Assembly (NCBI RefSeq): GCF_000497125.1
Contig: NC_090601.1
Location: 186,001-250,000 of the forward strand
Reading direction: 5' to 3'
DNA length: 64,000 bases
Origin: Spironucleus salmonicida
Lineage: Eukaryota
The position numbers were made by a program, and so were the translations under genes. This document shows, piece by piece, positions 39,157 through 52,993 of the stretch (position 1 is its first letter; every line of letters starts with the position of its first letter). The notes below the pieces were generated by a model. The model was not told the origin of the DNA. It did no database searches and was given only the letters and a program-made list of their open reading frames with translations.

Positions 39157-39624
39157 ATGGCACAAATTTTAAGTGAGATATTTTCATATTCTACACAATA
39201 ATTTATTAATAATCCTATTATAGTAAGAGAAATTATACTTAAAAGTTAGTAAACGAGAGACTAAATAATCAACTCATTGCATATTTCAGAAGGTAGTTTA
39301 AAAACTTTTATTAATAATTAAATGGTTAAAAATACTTTTAAATTAACAGAGAAAGCATATATTGAATTGAAGCTATAATTTTTGGAGAAATAAAGTCCTT
39401 GCTTATAAAAAAAAATATTATCGGCTTAGTTATCTGAGCTTCAATACAAAGGCTTTTCATATCCTCCATCATTTGTGAATATTTTAGTCTAATCATTTAA
39501 TAGTAATGATAAGTTATATGATATTATTGTCGGTAAATCTTCGAAAGAAAATTCAGATAGTAAGAATGGTGACTTTACTGAGTAATCAAATTATTAAATT
39601 CTTGTATTGTCTGAAATTGACTGA
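39157..39624 (+). CDS. Hypothetical protein, 155 aa
   Basis: Open frame from MAQILSEIFSYSTQQ... to GAC TGA. Confidence 0.55.
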
Positions 39625-39640
39625 GTTTTATAAAATCACA

Positions 39641-42577
39641 TCAATTTTCAGCATTAGGAAAAATCATATAGCTATCTTATTTTTTATTTAGCTTCTTCTT
39701 TTTAAAATAAACAATCCAAACGGCAATTCCTACTAGAATTGCACATATAACAATAATACTTAATAAAATCTACCATAAATTATTATCATTGCATTTACCA
39801 TTCTTAGCTTTTACGTTCCCTTCACAAATAAAGCATTTTTAAATATTATCTTAATCACAAAATATACAGTTTTCCAAGGTCGCACATAACCCACATTTAT
39901 TTTATTCAAAGACTTCGATTTTATCAAAATCTTAGCAATTGATTACACATTCCAAACCATTTAAATAATAACCATATTCACACTCATTACATGTAAAAGC
40001 TTTTTTACAAAATTAACAGTTAGAAGAGCATCCACATTTACCATATACTGGAAGTTCTCCATTTTTGCATATTCTACATTAATCAATTTTGGAGCATTTT
40101 GAACATAATTAGTCACAAGGTTAACACGTATTTTAGATATCAATTCCATATCCAGTAATACAATTTACACATTAAGACATTAAACATTATTAACAGCCTA
40201 CTATATGAATCGCAGCACAATATACTTGTTGGTAACATTTTCCATCAATTAAATCAAATCCTTAGAAGCACTATACACAAATTCCCTAAAAACAAACCCC
40301 ACAATAATTAATTGCCGAGCAAGAACACAAAGAGCCTTAAGTATCAATTTCACTACCATCAACACACTCATCACATATATATGGTGTTATGATACTACAT
40401 TTATTACAAAATTAAATATTTTAACACGATATTTAGGGCTTACATTCGTTTTAACTGCTTATTTGGCCAGGCTAGCACTATATGCACTTTGCACCATCGA
40501 ACACTGAAAATTCGTCACATTCAGCACAAAATTCATCATTATTATCTTAACATTTCACGCATCCTAGTAGGAGTCCACATGTGGCGCATTTTAGCCCGTT
40601 TTAAGTTGGTTTAAATGGATCAAAACAGATGTTGCATATTGACGAACTAGGGCAAGAATAGCAATTTTATATCTTACATGATGGGATAACAGTAGAGCAA
40701 ATTGTACCATTTTCTGCCGGCAAGAATGATGATAAACATTATATACATTTTATTTTGGATTCACAAATTTCACAATTAGGAATTTTACAAATTAGCGGAG
40801 GAACACATACATTGTTAATAATAATCAAATTCGAAGAACATGCAGTACAAATATCTTCATTACAAGTTATACAATTGAACACAATATTTTTTCCGCATTA
40901 AAGTCCTGATCTGCATGTGTAAGAAAACTAGTCAAAAAAGAAATTTTAATCGCAATTTTAACAAGATTTTGAATTATTACAGAACTGATTTGGTAAGCAT
41001 GAATCGCATTTTAGAACGCAAACACTGTTAAGCAGTATAAATCCATCTTTACAAAGTATCTGCGGACATATTTTTCCATCAACACTATCCTAACAATCAA
41101 CTTGACACAGTTACTAACAGGATTCAGGCACACACAATTTTTCATATCTTATATAATTTTCAGCACATAAACACTCTGTCCCGGTACATATTTCGTTAGT
41201 TAAGCAAGTTAAACAAATATCTTAATAACAATTAAAATCCTTAAACTAAAATCCTTAGTTGCAAGTTAAACATCCTTACCCATTACATGTTTTGCATCCA
41301 TTTTATAAGCAACTAATACATTACTTATTTGATAAAACTGTATTTTAAATACACTATTTACATTCATTCTTATTACATACTATACAACTGATAGGGCATT
41401 TAACACATATATTTTAATTCTCATCTGGATAAGTTGCAAGTGGACATTATGAGCAAACCTTTTCATACTAACAGATTTCATTTTACTTGCAATTTAAACA
41501 CTTTTTAACACAAAAACCATCTTTTGATTGATATAATGGCGCTATACAGTTTAAACATTTCGTTCCTTTGAATTTGTTGAACATACAACCTGAAATGCAT
41601 GATTTTTCACATTCAATTGCTTAACAAGTATTAAAAATCAATTCAAACCCTGGTTTACAGATACAAATATTTCCACCTATACATAGTTAGAATTATGAAC
41701 AATTGAAAAGGGAACAATTATTCAGTATACAATGTCCATTTTACATAAAATATTCCTTATTGCAAGATAAACATTTTTCCGATGTACACCTTTCACATCC
41801 AAAAAAACCCATCTACGTGCAATTAATACACCTATTATCTACTAAATTCGTCAAATCAGCACATTTTATACACTTATTTGGTTCAATACAAGCGTCGCAA
41901 AATGGAATCTAACATTGAATACAAACACCATTTGATACACTGAAAAAAGATAAGCACTTAGTGCATTAAGTACTGTTACATTCTACGCAGTTTAAACTAC
42001 ACCTTTGGCAGGAATTTTAAGACAAGATATAGCTTTCATGGCATAGGTGACATCTAAAATTAACACATTTTGCACAATTTAGAACATTATCACATCCAAT
42101 TTCGCACCTATTATTATATAAAATATAATTGTCTTTACATACGGCACATATATTTTATGAGCTGCACATTTAGCAATTCTGCGGGCACGAACTACATTTA
42201 TTGTTTATCAGTAGAAAACCAGATTGACATTGAGTACAAAATGATAAACTAATACAACTTTAGCACGGAGAACGACACTTCTGACAAATATTTCCAACCT
42301 TGAAATAACCTAAATCGCAATTCACACAACCTTGAGTCAAGCAGAATCCTGAACAGTTTTTACATAATTTTTAACAAATATTATTCATATTGATAAAAGA
42401 ATCTGCACAAGATGCGTCAATGCAAGTAGCCTATCCATTAATAGTATGACATTAACCAATGCAAGATTCCATTTGGGAGCAAGTTTGTGACTAGCATTCT
42501 GGAGGATGGAATCCTGGAAAGCAGTGGCAAGAGCCATCTAAGGCTCTGAATGAATTAATTGGGCATGCAAATGACAT
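39641..42577 (-). CDS. Cysteine-rich (CXXC) membrane protein, ~978 aa
   Basis: MSFACPINSFRALDGSCHCFPGFHPPEC... with dozens of CxxC/furin-like repeats, C-terminal TM ILLSIIVICAILVGIAVWIVYF and a basic tail KKKKLNKK. Confidence 0.9.
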
Positions 42578-42775
42578 TTTTTTAATCTAGATCAATTTTG
42601 AAGTTGCTTAATATAAGAAGTATATTTTTTAATTCTAAAATATTATTATTTAAATATTAAAATAATAATATTAAGAATATTAGGTAGGATAACGTGAATG
42701 TGAAACTCAATATACTGTAATTACACATTTAGATGATAATTCCGATAAATTGTGTATAAATAAATATATTCTCGA

Positions 42776-43315
42776 TCACTTTACCATTCTTTCAATATAT
42801 TCGATTGTTTACTAGTCTAATTGCCCAGGGAAATCTAATTCTTCCATATCCATATTGAATACTGGGCTAAAACTTCTATCATAGTTATCTTATTAAACTT
42901 TTTACTTATCTGTTTTTGGAGGTGTTATATAATTCGGTTCTCTTAAAAGTGTTGGATTATTTCTTTTAATTCTTTAAATTTTATTTTTAAGCTAAGAATG
43001 TGTAAAATTAGAAAATTTCTTGTTAATTTTTTTCCAATCACCTTTACATTAGTTATATTTACTGATAAGTTATGTTTCTTCTTTTTCAGACCAGTTGTGA
43101 TTTTTGTTTGGATACTTCACGCATCTTTATCTAATAGTATTATTTAACTGAGTTTGCAATTAGGAGAGCGTAAGATGAGGAAATACTTGTTAAATCTCAT
43201 CCCAGTTAATTGTTTAGCCTAGAATCTTATACTTCCCGGCATGATGAAGTAAAATGTCTTTCTCTTCTTATTTCCATTAGTATTTTTGTTTAACTGATCT
43301 GTTCGTAATATTCAT
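42776..43315 (-). CDS. Myb-like DNA-binding protein with two repeats, 179 aa
   Basis: YQWKQEEKDILL...INWDEIQQVFPHLTLSQLQTQ and HNWSEKEETQLISKYNQCKGDWKKINKKFSNFTHSQLKNK; ends AAG TGA. Confidence 0.88.
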
Positions 43316-43440
43316 AAATATATGAGGCCCACGTAAATGTCTAGACTATATTTATAAACAAATATATAGTAATTAGAATTATTTGGAACCAACCAGAATT
43401 ATTATAATATTATATATAATAAATAAAATTATAGTTTAGA

Positions 43441-44010
43441 ATGAATTTATAGCCAATTTTAGTTAACATCATATTATTGTTATATTATCTTTACCAATAA
43501 AATAATTAGTCAGAAAAAGAAATCATTAAAAATTCAAAGTAAATAGTCTTTATAATTAGGGCTATGTTACTAGTATTTTTTTTATTTTATTCAAATACTT
43601 GGTTTGCAAAAGTCAGCTAAATTATTTCATTTGGTATTTATTCAATATCTATAAAATCATGTAATGTTACTAGTGTTACCAGATAATAATTGTTATATAG
43701 TTTAAGTGGAACAATTATGTTAAAGGTTTTAGTTTCAATAATATGGAAATATAAATATAGGAATAAATTATCATCAATTGTTTTATTAGATTGTATTTAG
43801 TATCTTATATGCTACTTTTTTAGCTAATTATAATGTAAATAATAGAATGCTATCCTAAATAAATCAGAATAAACTAATCAGTCTAAATATACATTATAAG
43901 ACTTCAATATATATTATTTATATGATTATAAAGGCGATATTTTCATTAATTTCTATATTGTTAATATTTATTGTAATATTATTTTTTTAGGAATAGCAAT
44001 TCTTATTTGA
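43441..44010 (+). CDS. Hypothetical multi-pass membrane protein, 189 aa
   Basis: Fully checked open frame with several hydrophobic stretches. Confidence 0.55.
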
Positions 44011-44053
44011 ATGAGTTTATTATTATATGTATAATAAATGGCATAATAAAATT

Positions 44054-44491
44054 ATGGAAAACTTATCATTTAAACCAGTGTATAAAAAACACAATCACTC
44101 GCCGCCAAAATATCTATAAACTAAATAATATCTTAAGCCGTTAACCTAAAATTCTGTTATGTGCCCTATAGGCGTTTAATAGCGATTTATTTATGATGTA
44201 TAAAAATCATCGACAAATCCAGGTCCTGGGTCTTATAAAATAGATGTTATAAGGCAATAACCATGTTTTTCATACCAAAAGGCTATTAAATAGTTTGCAC
44301 CACCATATCGAGAGGAAAATGATTATTCATTACGGGCCGCCTAAGTAAAATCATAACTAGGTAAAAGAACTGTTGCTCCTTTATTGTATAGTAAACCGAG
44401 AGGTTTAGAACTAAAGAAATCAAAATATTCTTTTTAAATATTAAAAGTAAGCAATTTTGTTGAAGATTCTTAGGATAATTTGGTACAATGA
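44054..44491 (+). CDS. Hypothetical protein with a PGPG-Y (SHIPPO/ODF3-like) motif, 145 aa
   Basis: Contains STNPGPGSYKI, matching the PGPGxY microtubule-associated repeat motif. Confidence 0.6.
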
Positions 44492-44548
44492 TTAGAAGCT
44501 AGAAGTATCGTATGAGCATATTGTTTTACATATTTATAATATTAATGT

Positions 44549-45118
44549 TCAGACATTTTATAGTTCTTTTTATAAACTAAATAATCTAACAGCGTCTAAC
44601 AAGATATTTTCGTCAGTTTATTCTGTTAGTATATCCTGTCCCACGGTAAGATCAGTAAACTCTCCTTTTTAACCTGAAACTGATATGTTAGGATATTATG
44701 ATTCTTCATCAAATATATTAATATTTAATCCTGGATTATTTAACAACCTTACAATCAATTAAGCAAAAAAATCTGGATAAGCGTGACTTTTGTATGTGTT
44801 CTTATTCAAATAATTAATAACAAAATATTATTAGTCCTTAGTACTTTTTCCGCGCACCCGCCAAAATTACTTTCGAATTTGGTCAAATAAGCACTTTGGT
44901 AACTTAAATAGTTCGCGTACCATTTATTTACTAGCAAAGTTTCTAACTACATCTGGGCTTGTTCCTAAATTTTATGCTATAACAATTCGAAGCTTCTAAT
45001 TTTTTAAAAGCAAAAGCCTTAAAATAAACGTATTTTCAGCTATCTACCTTTCTGATTTTTCGTAAAATTCAGAAGCCACTTAGATTGATACTTGTAGTTT
45101 TTAATTGTAGGTTATCAT
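44549..45118 (-). CDS. Hypothetical protein, 189 aa
   Basis: Open frame MITYNQKLQVSIQVASEFY...FDQIRKQFWRVRGKS... to GTC TGA. Confidence 0.6.
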
Positions 45119-45205
45119 TTTATAATAAATACTGAGATGGTAAACTACAAATTAGCATAACTAAGATAAAATTTATAGAAGTTGATCGCTAAAATGAAAA
45201 TTTCA

Positions 45206-48200
45206 TCACTAGCAAACTGCCCACGTCCAATTTTCAGGTATTGCACCTAATTAATTCACTCCACCGGACCATATTTCTACTCCATTTTCATTGTAGGTTC
45301 TTAGCATTTTCTTTGATGCAATCTCATGCAAAACATTATTTTATGCTTAACGCATTACGTCCAAAAAGTTATCATCTGATCCAATTGCCTTCCTTTATAG
45401 CATTTAGCGTGATGATATTAAATTTATAGAATATAAAACCTCGCAAATATTTCTAAAATTGAACTAATAAATATCGTGATATATTTAAACAAAGCATGAC
45501 CTTGATGATTTCTGAGCTATTTATCCATTTCGCCTCGCCTCGTAAAGCAAATCTGCCTCTTTTTTCAATAGCTAACGTACAAAAAGATCAGAAATGAACC
45601 CTCCCTATGTCAAAATCGCTACAAAATCCTCTTGACATTAAGCTAAATTCACAGCATTTGTTAGAGAAATGTGATACCGCTAAAATGTATAGCTTTCAAA
45701 CTTAGCTAACGGCTCGTAAACAAATGAAATAAAGTTTTACTGGCATTCTGCACATAGATTTTTGAAGCAAAATCTAACTTGATTGTTAGCATTAAAAAAA
45801 AAGATTTCTGCACATTTTTATTGGCAGACATCATTCAAATTTACGTCTTTGCTGCAGGATTCGAGTTGCACAAAAAGTTGCAACTAAGGGTCATTTTTAA
45901 ACTGGTATGAATTGAATTTCATCAAAGATTATGCAAGTATATCGTATGCAAATGATGCAAAGCACAGAATTTGACGCTCTAAAAGGCGGTGATGAATGGT
46001 AATTAAAAGCGATTAAATGGAATCGAATTTGCTTTTAAAATTTAATTTTTTGAGTCCGAAAGTAGTCACAAAGTGCAAGAAATGATCCATTTCAGGGGCT
46101 TGCGAAACATGATCAAAAAAGCTAATTACTAATTAAGAATTTAATAAATAGTTTTAAATTCGCTTAATGTTGAATAAATTTTCAGTGTAAAACGTTTTGT
46201 TCAAAAATGGGGTCATTTCAGCCACAAATACGAATTTTTCAATATGAATTAGCGACGGATTGATGTTTTTAACATCTTAAATTAATAAAGCTGAACATAA
46301 TTAAGTGTAAAGTTTATTCAGTTCTAGATTTATAAAATCACAATATCCTTAGTTCTAGATTTTTTAATTACCAATAACACCAACAGAGTCGAAATCTATA
46401 AATAAAATTTATAATATTGTTTGCATTTCAAGTTTATTAACCTTTGGCATAAAACTATCCCTAATATAGCTGCCAGCTGGAGGTTATGTTCGAACCGCCT
46501 CAATACCACAATCAGAAACTCCAACCTACCTAATACTACCTAGATAAATTTACTATAAATTTTCATATTAATCCTAATAAATATCGTTAAATTTAACAAA
46601 CGGAAAGATCATAAGATTTAATAATTTACCTATATTACTTATTTATTTTGAAACAGTTTATCTGGATCCACCAAAAGTGGTTGAAAAGAAACAAATTTCA
46701 TCAAATTATGCGAATTCATCGTAAGATATTAAATTTGAGACATCCAAAAAATGAAGTTATTGCCGTTATGAAGGTAGAATAATATTTGTTAATTTTAATT
46801 CAAAATAATCAGGAATTATTGCTTAATTAGGAATAATTCTAGTCGATTTATGTTTAGAAAATAATGCATCAAATTAAAACTTAAAGAATGGAAAAGATGA
46901 GGTAATTCGTTATTTTACATAATTAAGTTATAATAAAGAGGGTAATAAAAAATTATGATATTTATAAACAAACTTGTATTTTTAATTAACGAGAGATTCA
47001 TTTGTAACTAATTTTATATTTGTTTAGAGCGATGAATAACCTTAAACATTTTAGATATTTAAACTATTTAACTTAAGTATGTCAACATTCCAAGGAAAAA
47101 TATTATCTTGGTGCAATTATGAATTTATTTCTTATGTTACCAATGATAATTGTAGTTACAATTTAAGATGTTTATTTATTTTAATTGGTCTTTTATTATA
47201 TGCCTAAAATGACGGTTTTTTAGATGATTAATTTGATTTCTTAAAATATACTGCAAATTATCGATACATGGTAATAAGCATACTTGTAGGTACAATATCT
47301 GTATGATGCGTCTGTTTTAGAAGAAGCATAGTTAAATATGAAGTTTAACCGACACTAACAGAGCCCTAAATTGGTATATTCTATTCAAAATATTTTTTTG
47401 TTGATGTTAAATTAATTAAATTTTATAGACTATTTTATGTTGTAAGTGCTTTAACAAAAATAATAAATGATAACAATATAGATATGCATTGGTATATTCC
47501 TTTAATATATTACATTCTATCAAAGATATCGCATAAAAGTAGGAGTAATATTTATTAAAACAATTTTTTAGTAGGTTTGGTACCCTCAACAAAATAAATT
47601 ATAATGATAATTAAAATAAATGTATTTATTGTATTAAATGTGTAAATTAAGCTTAAAACATACTTTTATAGATAGTATTAAATAGATGCTAAAAATACAT
47701 GTAACGAAAACTAAATATATTATACTAATTTGCTAGGCTTAGGATATTTAATAGAAATACTACAAAAAATAATAAAACTAAGACAAATAAAAATAATAAA
47801 TTAATGTACAAACTAACTAAATACTAAGTATATATATTTTATAGATTAATCTTTGGATAGTAATGAAGGTAATTATTGTGAATGAAATTAGTTTAGTTTC
47901 CAATTTTGTATTTCATAAAATTGAAATTATAAGAATTGAGTATTTCGCTCGCTTTACTCTGATCTTAAATTTTCATAATGAATATTAAGTGATTTTTATT
48001 TGATAGCATTTTTAGATTTTAAAGAATTTTATGAAATTGGCAATAATTAGTTATTTAAAACTTCAAATAACTAAGAATTAAATAATTCATATTCATCCGG
48101 AGATTAAAATATATTATTAAAAGTGATTTTTGTTGTAACTTCTAATCCTTCAAATCTTTTATTTAAAATTTAAAATGACTTTAATGGCTTGAAATTTTCC

Positions 48201-49933
48201 TTCATGTAACCGGATAGAACTTCAACTCCATTCTGAAATGATAATGTTTATAATTCTATATCTTACTAATTATGAATAATAAGAATATTAGAAAAGCTAA
48301 GATTGTGCGATTATAATTTTTAAAGATAAATTTAAGATGTAGTGGGTAAAATAATTCGTATGCCATTTCCATATTAATCCGATATAGTAAAAAATAACTT
48401 ATTTCTGAATCTAATAAGGGATCTTATTCCAGCAATATTCGTTTCATCATAATTGTTACTTGTAGGTCCTACTAAATTACATTAACCAGATAAGTAATAT
48501 TCATCAGACTTTACATAATAACATATCGAATCATCATTCTATTCGTTAAGAAGTATAGCAGCATCATCTTATTAAAGATAATTATAATTAATATCACACT
48601 GATCTGAACTAAATTAATACTAAGTATTCAATTTTAATGAAAGTAATTTTTTTCTTTTATAGTCAGCTAATTATACCAGTGTCATATTATATTGATAAGC
48701 AAATTAAATTTATTCATTAAATCTATAATACTATTATACTTCTGGCAGGAAGTTTTATTCGATTTTATCATAAAAATGATAATTTAGAACCTTAAATTAT
48801 TAGTAATCGTTTGAATGTTAATACTCAAAACTATATCTTTATGTTGTTAATAACTTAACCAATTATGTTGAAATAGAGCAAATTGATGGCAATGCTAATA
48901 AAGTAATTGTTAATGGAAGTCGAAAATTTCTAGATTTACAAAGAGCTAAAAAGAATATAAATGATCTATAAATAACAGAAAATACATTATATAATAATAT
49001 CTCTATACCCTATAAACTAATAAAACACAAACCAAGAATTAATTTAAACGGAATTAAGAATGATTACTCAAATGAGTTAATAAGCATGTCAAAATGCTAC
49101 TATGAGTCACAGAATTCTATAAATTAACAAGTACAATTATTATGTTATTATTTAATCTTTAAAATTTTCTTAGATTTTTTATTTTACTATTTTACCAGAA
49201 CCTCTTATTTAGTAACGAATAATGAAGAAGTATCTGTTGAGTCATGATTTATAAGTTATAAATCTTCAATAATAAATTCATGTTCAGATTAATTCATATT
49301 AATACTATTAATAGTGAAGTTATAAAATTATATATCTTGTTGTAAAAACTCCACTTACTGAGTATAAATAGGAATTGTATCTAAAGAAATGTTAAAGGCT
49401 TATGATTCCGTACTAAACATTTAATTCTTAAAATTAATATTGTTTTCTCTAACTAATTTTTACGATTATTATTTTTTGAATCTATCTTTCTTTCGTACCT
49501 AAGATTATTCTATTTCTATAGACTATGATGCTTCAACAATATTATTATGCTAGTTAAAAGCACTTATTTCATTATACCAATCCACATTGGATGTTAACTC
49601 TGGTTCAAAATTTAGTTCTATAGATGGTTTAAAATGTTATTACATAACATCGAAAAAATCACCTATGTGATTTTTTTCTTGAAATTATAGGCCATGTTAA
49701 GAAACAGGCAACAATTACTGATAATTATCTGATGGTTCTTACAGTTCTACTGAATATGGTAAATCTAGGATATTATTAACACATGATTATTCAAAAGTAT
49801 CCCATGAATCTTTCCTGCTATGACATGCATCTGAATTAGATTCATCAGTATCAGCTGTAAATTCCATATGTATGCGTTCTCTCTTTTCTAAGATAGAAGG
49901 TACATTTTAAAGAAGAGTCTTCTTTCCTTGCAT
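45206..49933 (-). CDS. Large multi-pass membrane protein of unknown function, ~1575 aa
   Basis: Frame read across nearly its full length with no TGA found, from MQGKKTLLQNVPS... Hydrophobic clusters near 48850-49050 and 47450-47830; ends ...PENWTWAVCQ TGA (TAGTGA). Confidence 0.75.
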
Positions 49934-50003
49934 TTTAATTTAGTTATTGATAATTACTTATATATTAAATATAATTTTCATTTCAATCAATCTAATCACT
50001 AAA

Positions 50004-50321
50004 ATGCGTTCCAACGATGCAATTTAATAACTCCTTTTAGCTGAAGAAGATGGTAAAAAATTAATAGAGCAAGCTCGTTAGAAAGCATAGTTATTAATTA
50101 AAGAAGCTAAAGAAAACGCCTAAGCTGAGGTATCTGAGTTCGTTAAAGAGTAAGAAAGATAATTATAAGATTTGAAGAATGCAAACTAAGAAGCATTAGC
50201 ATCTACCGAAAAAGAGCTTGCTGCTAAAGTGGAGAAGGAACTCGAAAGTATTAGATCTTATGCCGAAGCTAATATGAATGAGGCTGTTAACATGATTGTT
50301 GATTATGTTTTTGATGTCTGA
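50004..50321 (+). CDS. V-type ATPase subunit G, 105 aa
   Basis: MRSNDAIQQLLLAEEDGKKLIEQARQKAQLLIKEAKENAQAEV matches the subunit-G N-terminal consensus IQQLLxAE...AR...AK.EA. Confidence 0.85.
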
Positions 50322-50494
50322 GTTTCCTTTTATCTTAATAATCTCTTTTTATATACTAAAAGTTTTACAAGTAGTCGAAATAATAAATTAAATTTTACAA
50401 ATGTAATAGTTAATATATATTATCATGGATATAAAAATTTAAATTTTCAATCTAAATAATTATAATATAAATTATACTATAAGGTCTCTACTAA

Positions 50495-52993
50495 ATGAAT
50501 AAACTTCTACAATAAAGTAAGCCTTCAAAAGATTTATTTATAGAGCTCTGTTAGTAGGATTAAAACTCATAGGAAATATTTTAAATATTAATAGCATTCC
50601 CTGATTAATTTATATGTGAATAAAATTTTTAAAAGTTTATTGTTAAAAATAAATTACAAAAAGAATACTGCAATTTTTAAAAAATTAACAAAATTGAAGA
50701 AGGTATTATTGATCCTATTCTAGGAAGAATAATAAAATTTAATGAATAGCGATTTAGTAACGATTCTCAATTATAATTGTCTAGTATAATTAAAGATTAA
50801 GCATATTAAGATATTGATAATAGTTATAATTTGGATCCATCATAAATGAATTATGGTACATTTGTGGATTATTTGTCTAAAAATCCATTACAATTATAAA
50901 CTTATAAGTAAAGATTTATTAACGAAATAGATTTCGCAGTAAATTTACCAAAAGTTTACAAGCAACTTACATCAATTGAATAAAATAATAATTACTCCTA
51001 ATATTTAAATTTTCTTAGTTTAGAATAATTACAGTAAGAGGAAGATTCTGAAGAATAGCAATATTTATTGGTTTTCCATAAATGTTATGACAAATTAAAT
51101 TAATTTGGCTAATAGCTATATCAAGATTTTTAATTGTATTAAAAATTTATCAAAGGAGATAGATTAGATGATAGTATTGCTTTTTCGTTATCTAATAGCT
51201 AAATGTAGATTTATTTAAGAAAATTAAATTGTACTAATTTACCGTTGTTTTATCTATATCTTTCTGCATATAATAACGTTAAGAGCATAGATATAGATGA
51301 CAGCGCTGTATAACATTTAAAAGATAAGTTAAATAAACCATCCACATAATATTCAGATAATCCAAGTTTTAAAATTATATTGTAAGACGATTTTAATTTT
51401 TCTGTTGAAACAATTACTAATAATTAAGTGTAGTTAAAATTATAAGTTTATTTTATAAATACATAATCAATAATAGAAGACAACATAGTATTAGACCAAC
51501 TGTAACTAAATAATCCAAATTTTGAACTTTCAATAAGTAATGATTTTGTATAGTAAATCCACTCATTTACACTATCTCCATAATATCAATCTGATTTTAT
51601 ATTTGTGCTATAATTAGATGTATAAAGAGTTTCGTTTTATTATTAATTCAAAAGATCAATTATTTAAAGGCAACTGTCTAGGGATATGAGTATGATTTAG
51701 ATAAAATCCTAAAATATCAATATACAATAAGGTGATATATACTAAAAATTTAATGAAGACCTTGTAATAGAACTATATGCAGAAAAATTAGAGCTTTTAA
51801 ATATTTATGATTTCAATCTAGTTAAGATAAATAATTTGGAAACATTTTATTAAAAAGTCAAAAAACTTGAAGCTAAACCAGATTTTTTTATCAATTTAGT
51901 TTTCAACCCAGAATTGCTATTATCGTGCTAGACTATAGATATTGAATGCTTGTTAATGTCTAAATTAGATATTCTGAATATTCATAATTTAAGTACATCT
52001 ATTATAAATATCAAAGGAAAATATAAAACATATACTTTTATTCATCCAGAATCAAATAAATTTTAGATTGAAATTGAAAAAATAAGTCCTACAATATAAG
52101 TTGAAGTGGATTTTATATTTAATGGAAAATAAGAAAAAGTTAGATCTGAGATTAGCATTTAACAGTCTTAAAATTATTTATATAAATTGATAAGAGTAAG
52201 TTAGAACAAATTTGTTTTACTTAATCTTATTAACCATCCTTGTGCTAATGAAATCATTGATATTATTATTGAAAATAATGATGGTAAATTTACAGAGAAA
52301 ATAATAACAGATCATACTGGTTCGTTTGAAGTTAAAGATTTCTTTGAGTTTATAATAAAAATAAATAGCTAAAAATTTATTTTTAGAAATAGAGTATCTA
52401 CTTATGAGTACGAATTTTATAGCTAGATAAAGAATTTTGATCTTGATATTTATGAGGAAAAATTTAATACTGTTAATGAAATAACAGACTTCAAAAAAAA
52501 TTATTTTGTATTATTTTAAGGTTAATTTTATCCTATTAAATTATTCAAGTTAATTAATGGGTTTAAAATTTATTAGAGTTCATTTGTATATGATTCTAAC
52601 ATCATTTACAGTTAAACAATAGGGCTCTCTGGAATATACTACTCCTAAATTTTAGCGAATACTTATTAATTACTTAACAAATAAGTTTCTACCTAATTTA
52701 TTAGTAAAAATAATTGGGTAATAAAGTAGTTATTAGAAATTAATAACAAGCAATGTAACTATGAAGATCTTATCTAATTGAATAAGCACGTAGATGTGTA
52801 GTTGTATGATAGATAAATATCAGAATAGTGTAATGATGCTGGAGATAATGAAGATGAAATAAAATAAAATTACTTTGTTAATCACTTTAATATTTTCAAT
52901 AATATTAAAACACATTTTAGGTATGGTGATCGTAAATATTTACATAAATATACAATTTATGACAATGGATAATTAATCCTTGATACTCAGTGA
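50495..52993 (+). CDS. Hypothetical protein, ~832 aa
   Basis: Open frame from MNKLLQQSKPSKDLFIELC..., ending CAG TGA. Spot-checked only. Confidence 0.65.

Noticed and set aside
45120-46260. Apparent 1.1-kb non-coding region rich in TGCA motifs (possible ncRNA or regulatory locus)
   Set aside because: It is the 3' part of the long minus-strand ORF 45206-49933.
46263-46754. Plus-strand table-6 ORF of 163 codons
   Set aside because: It lies antisense within the much longer minus-strand gene. With one stop codon, long spurious ORFs are common.
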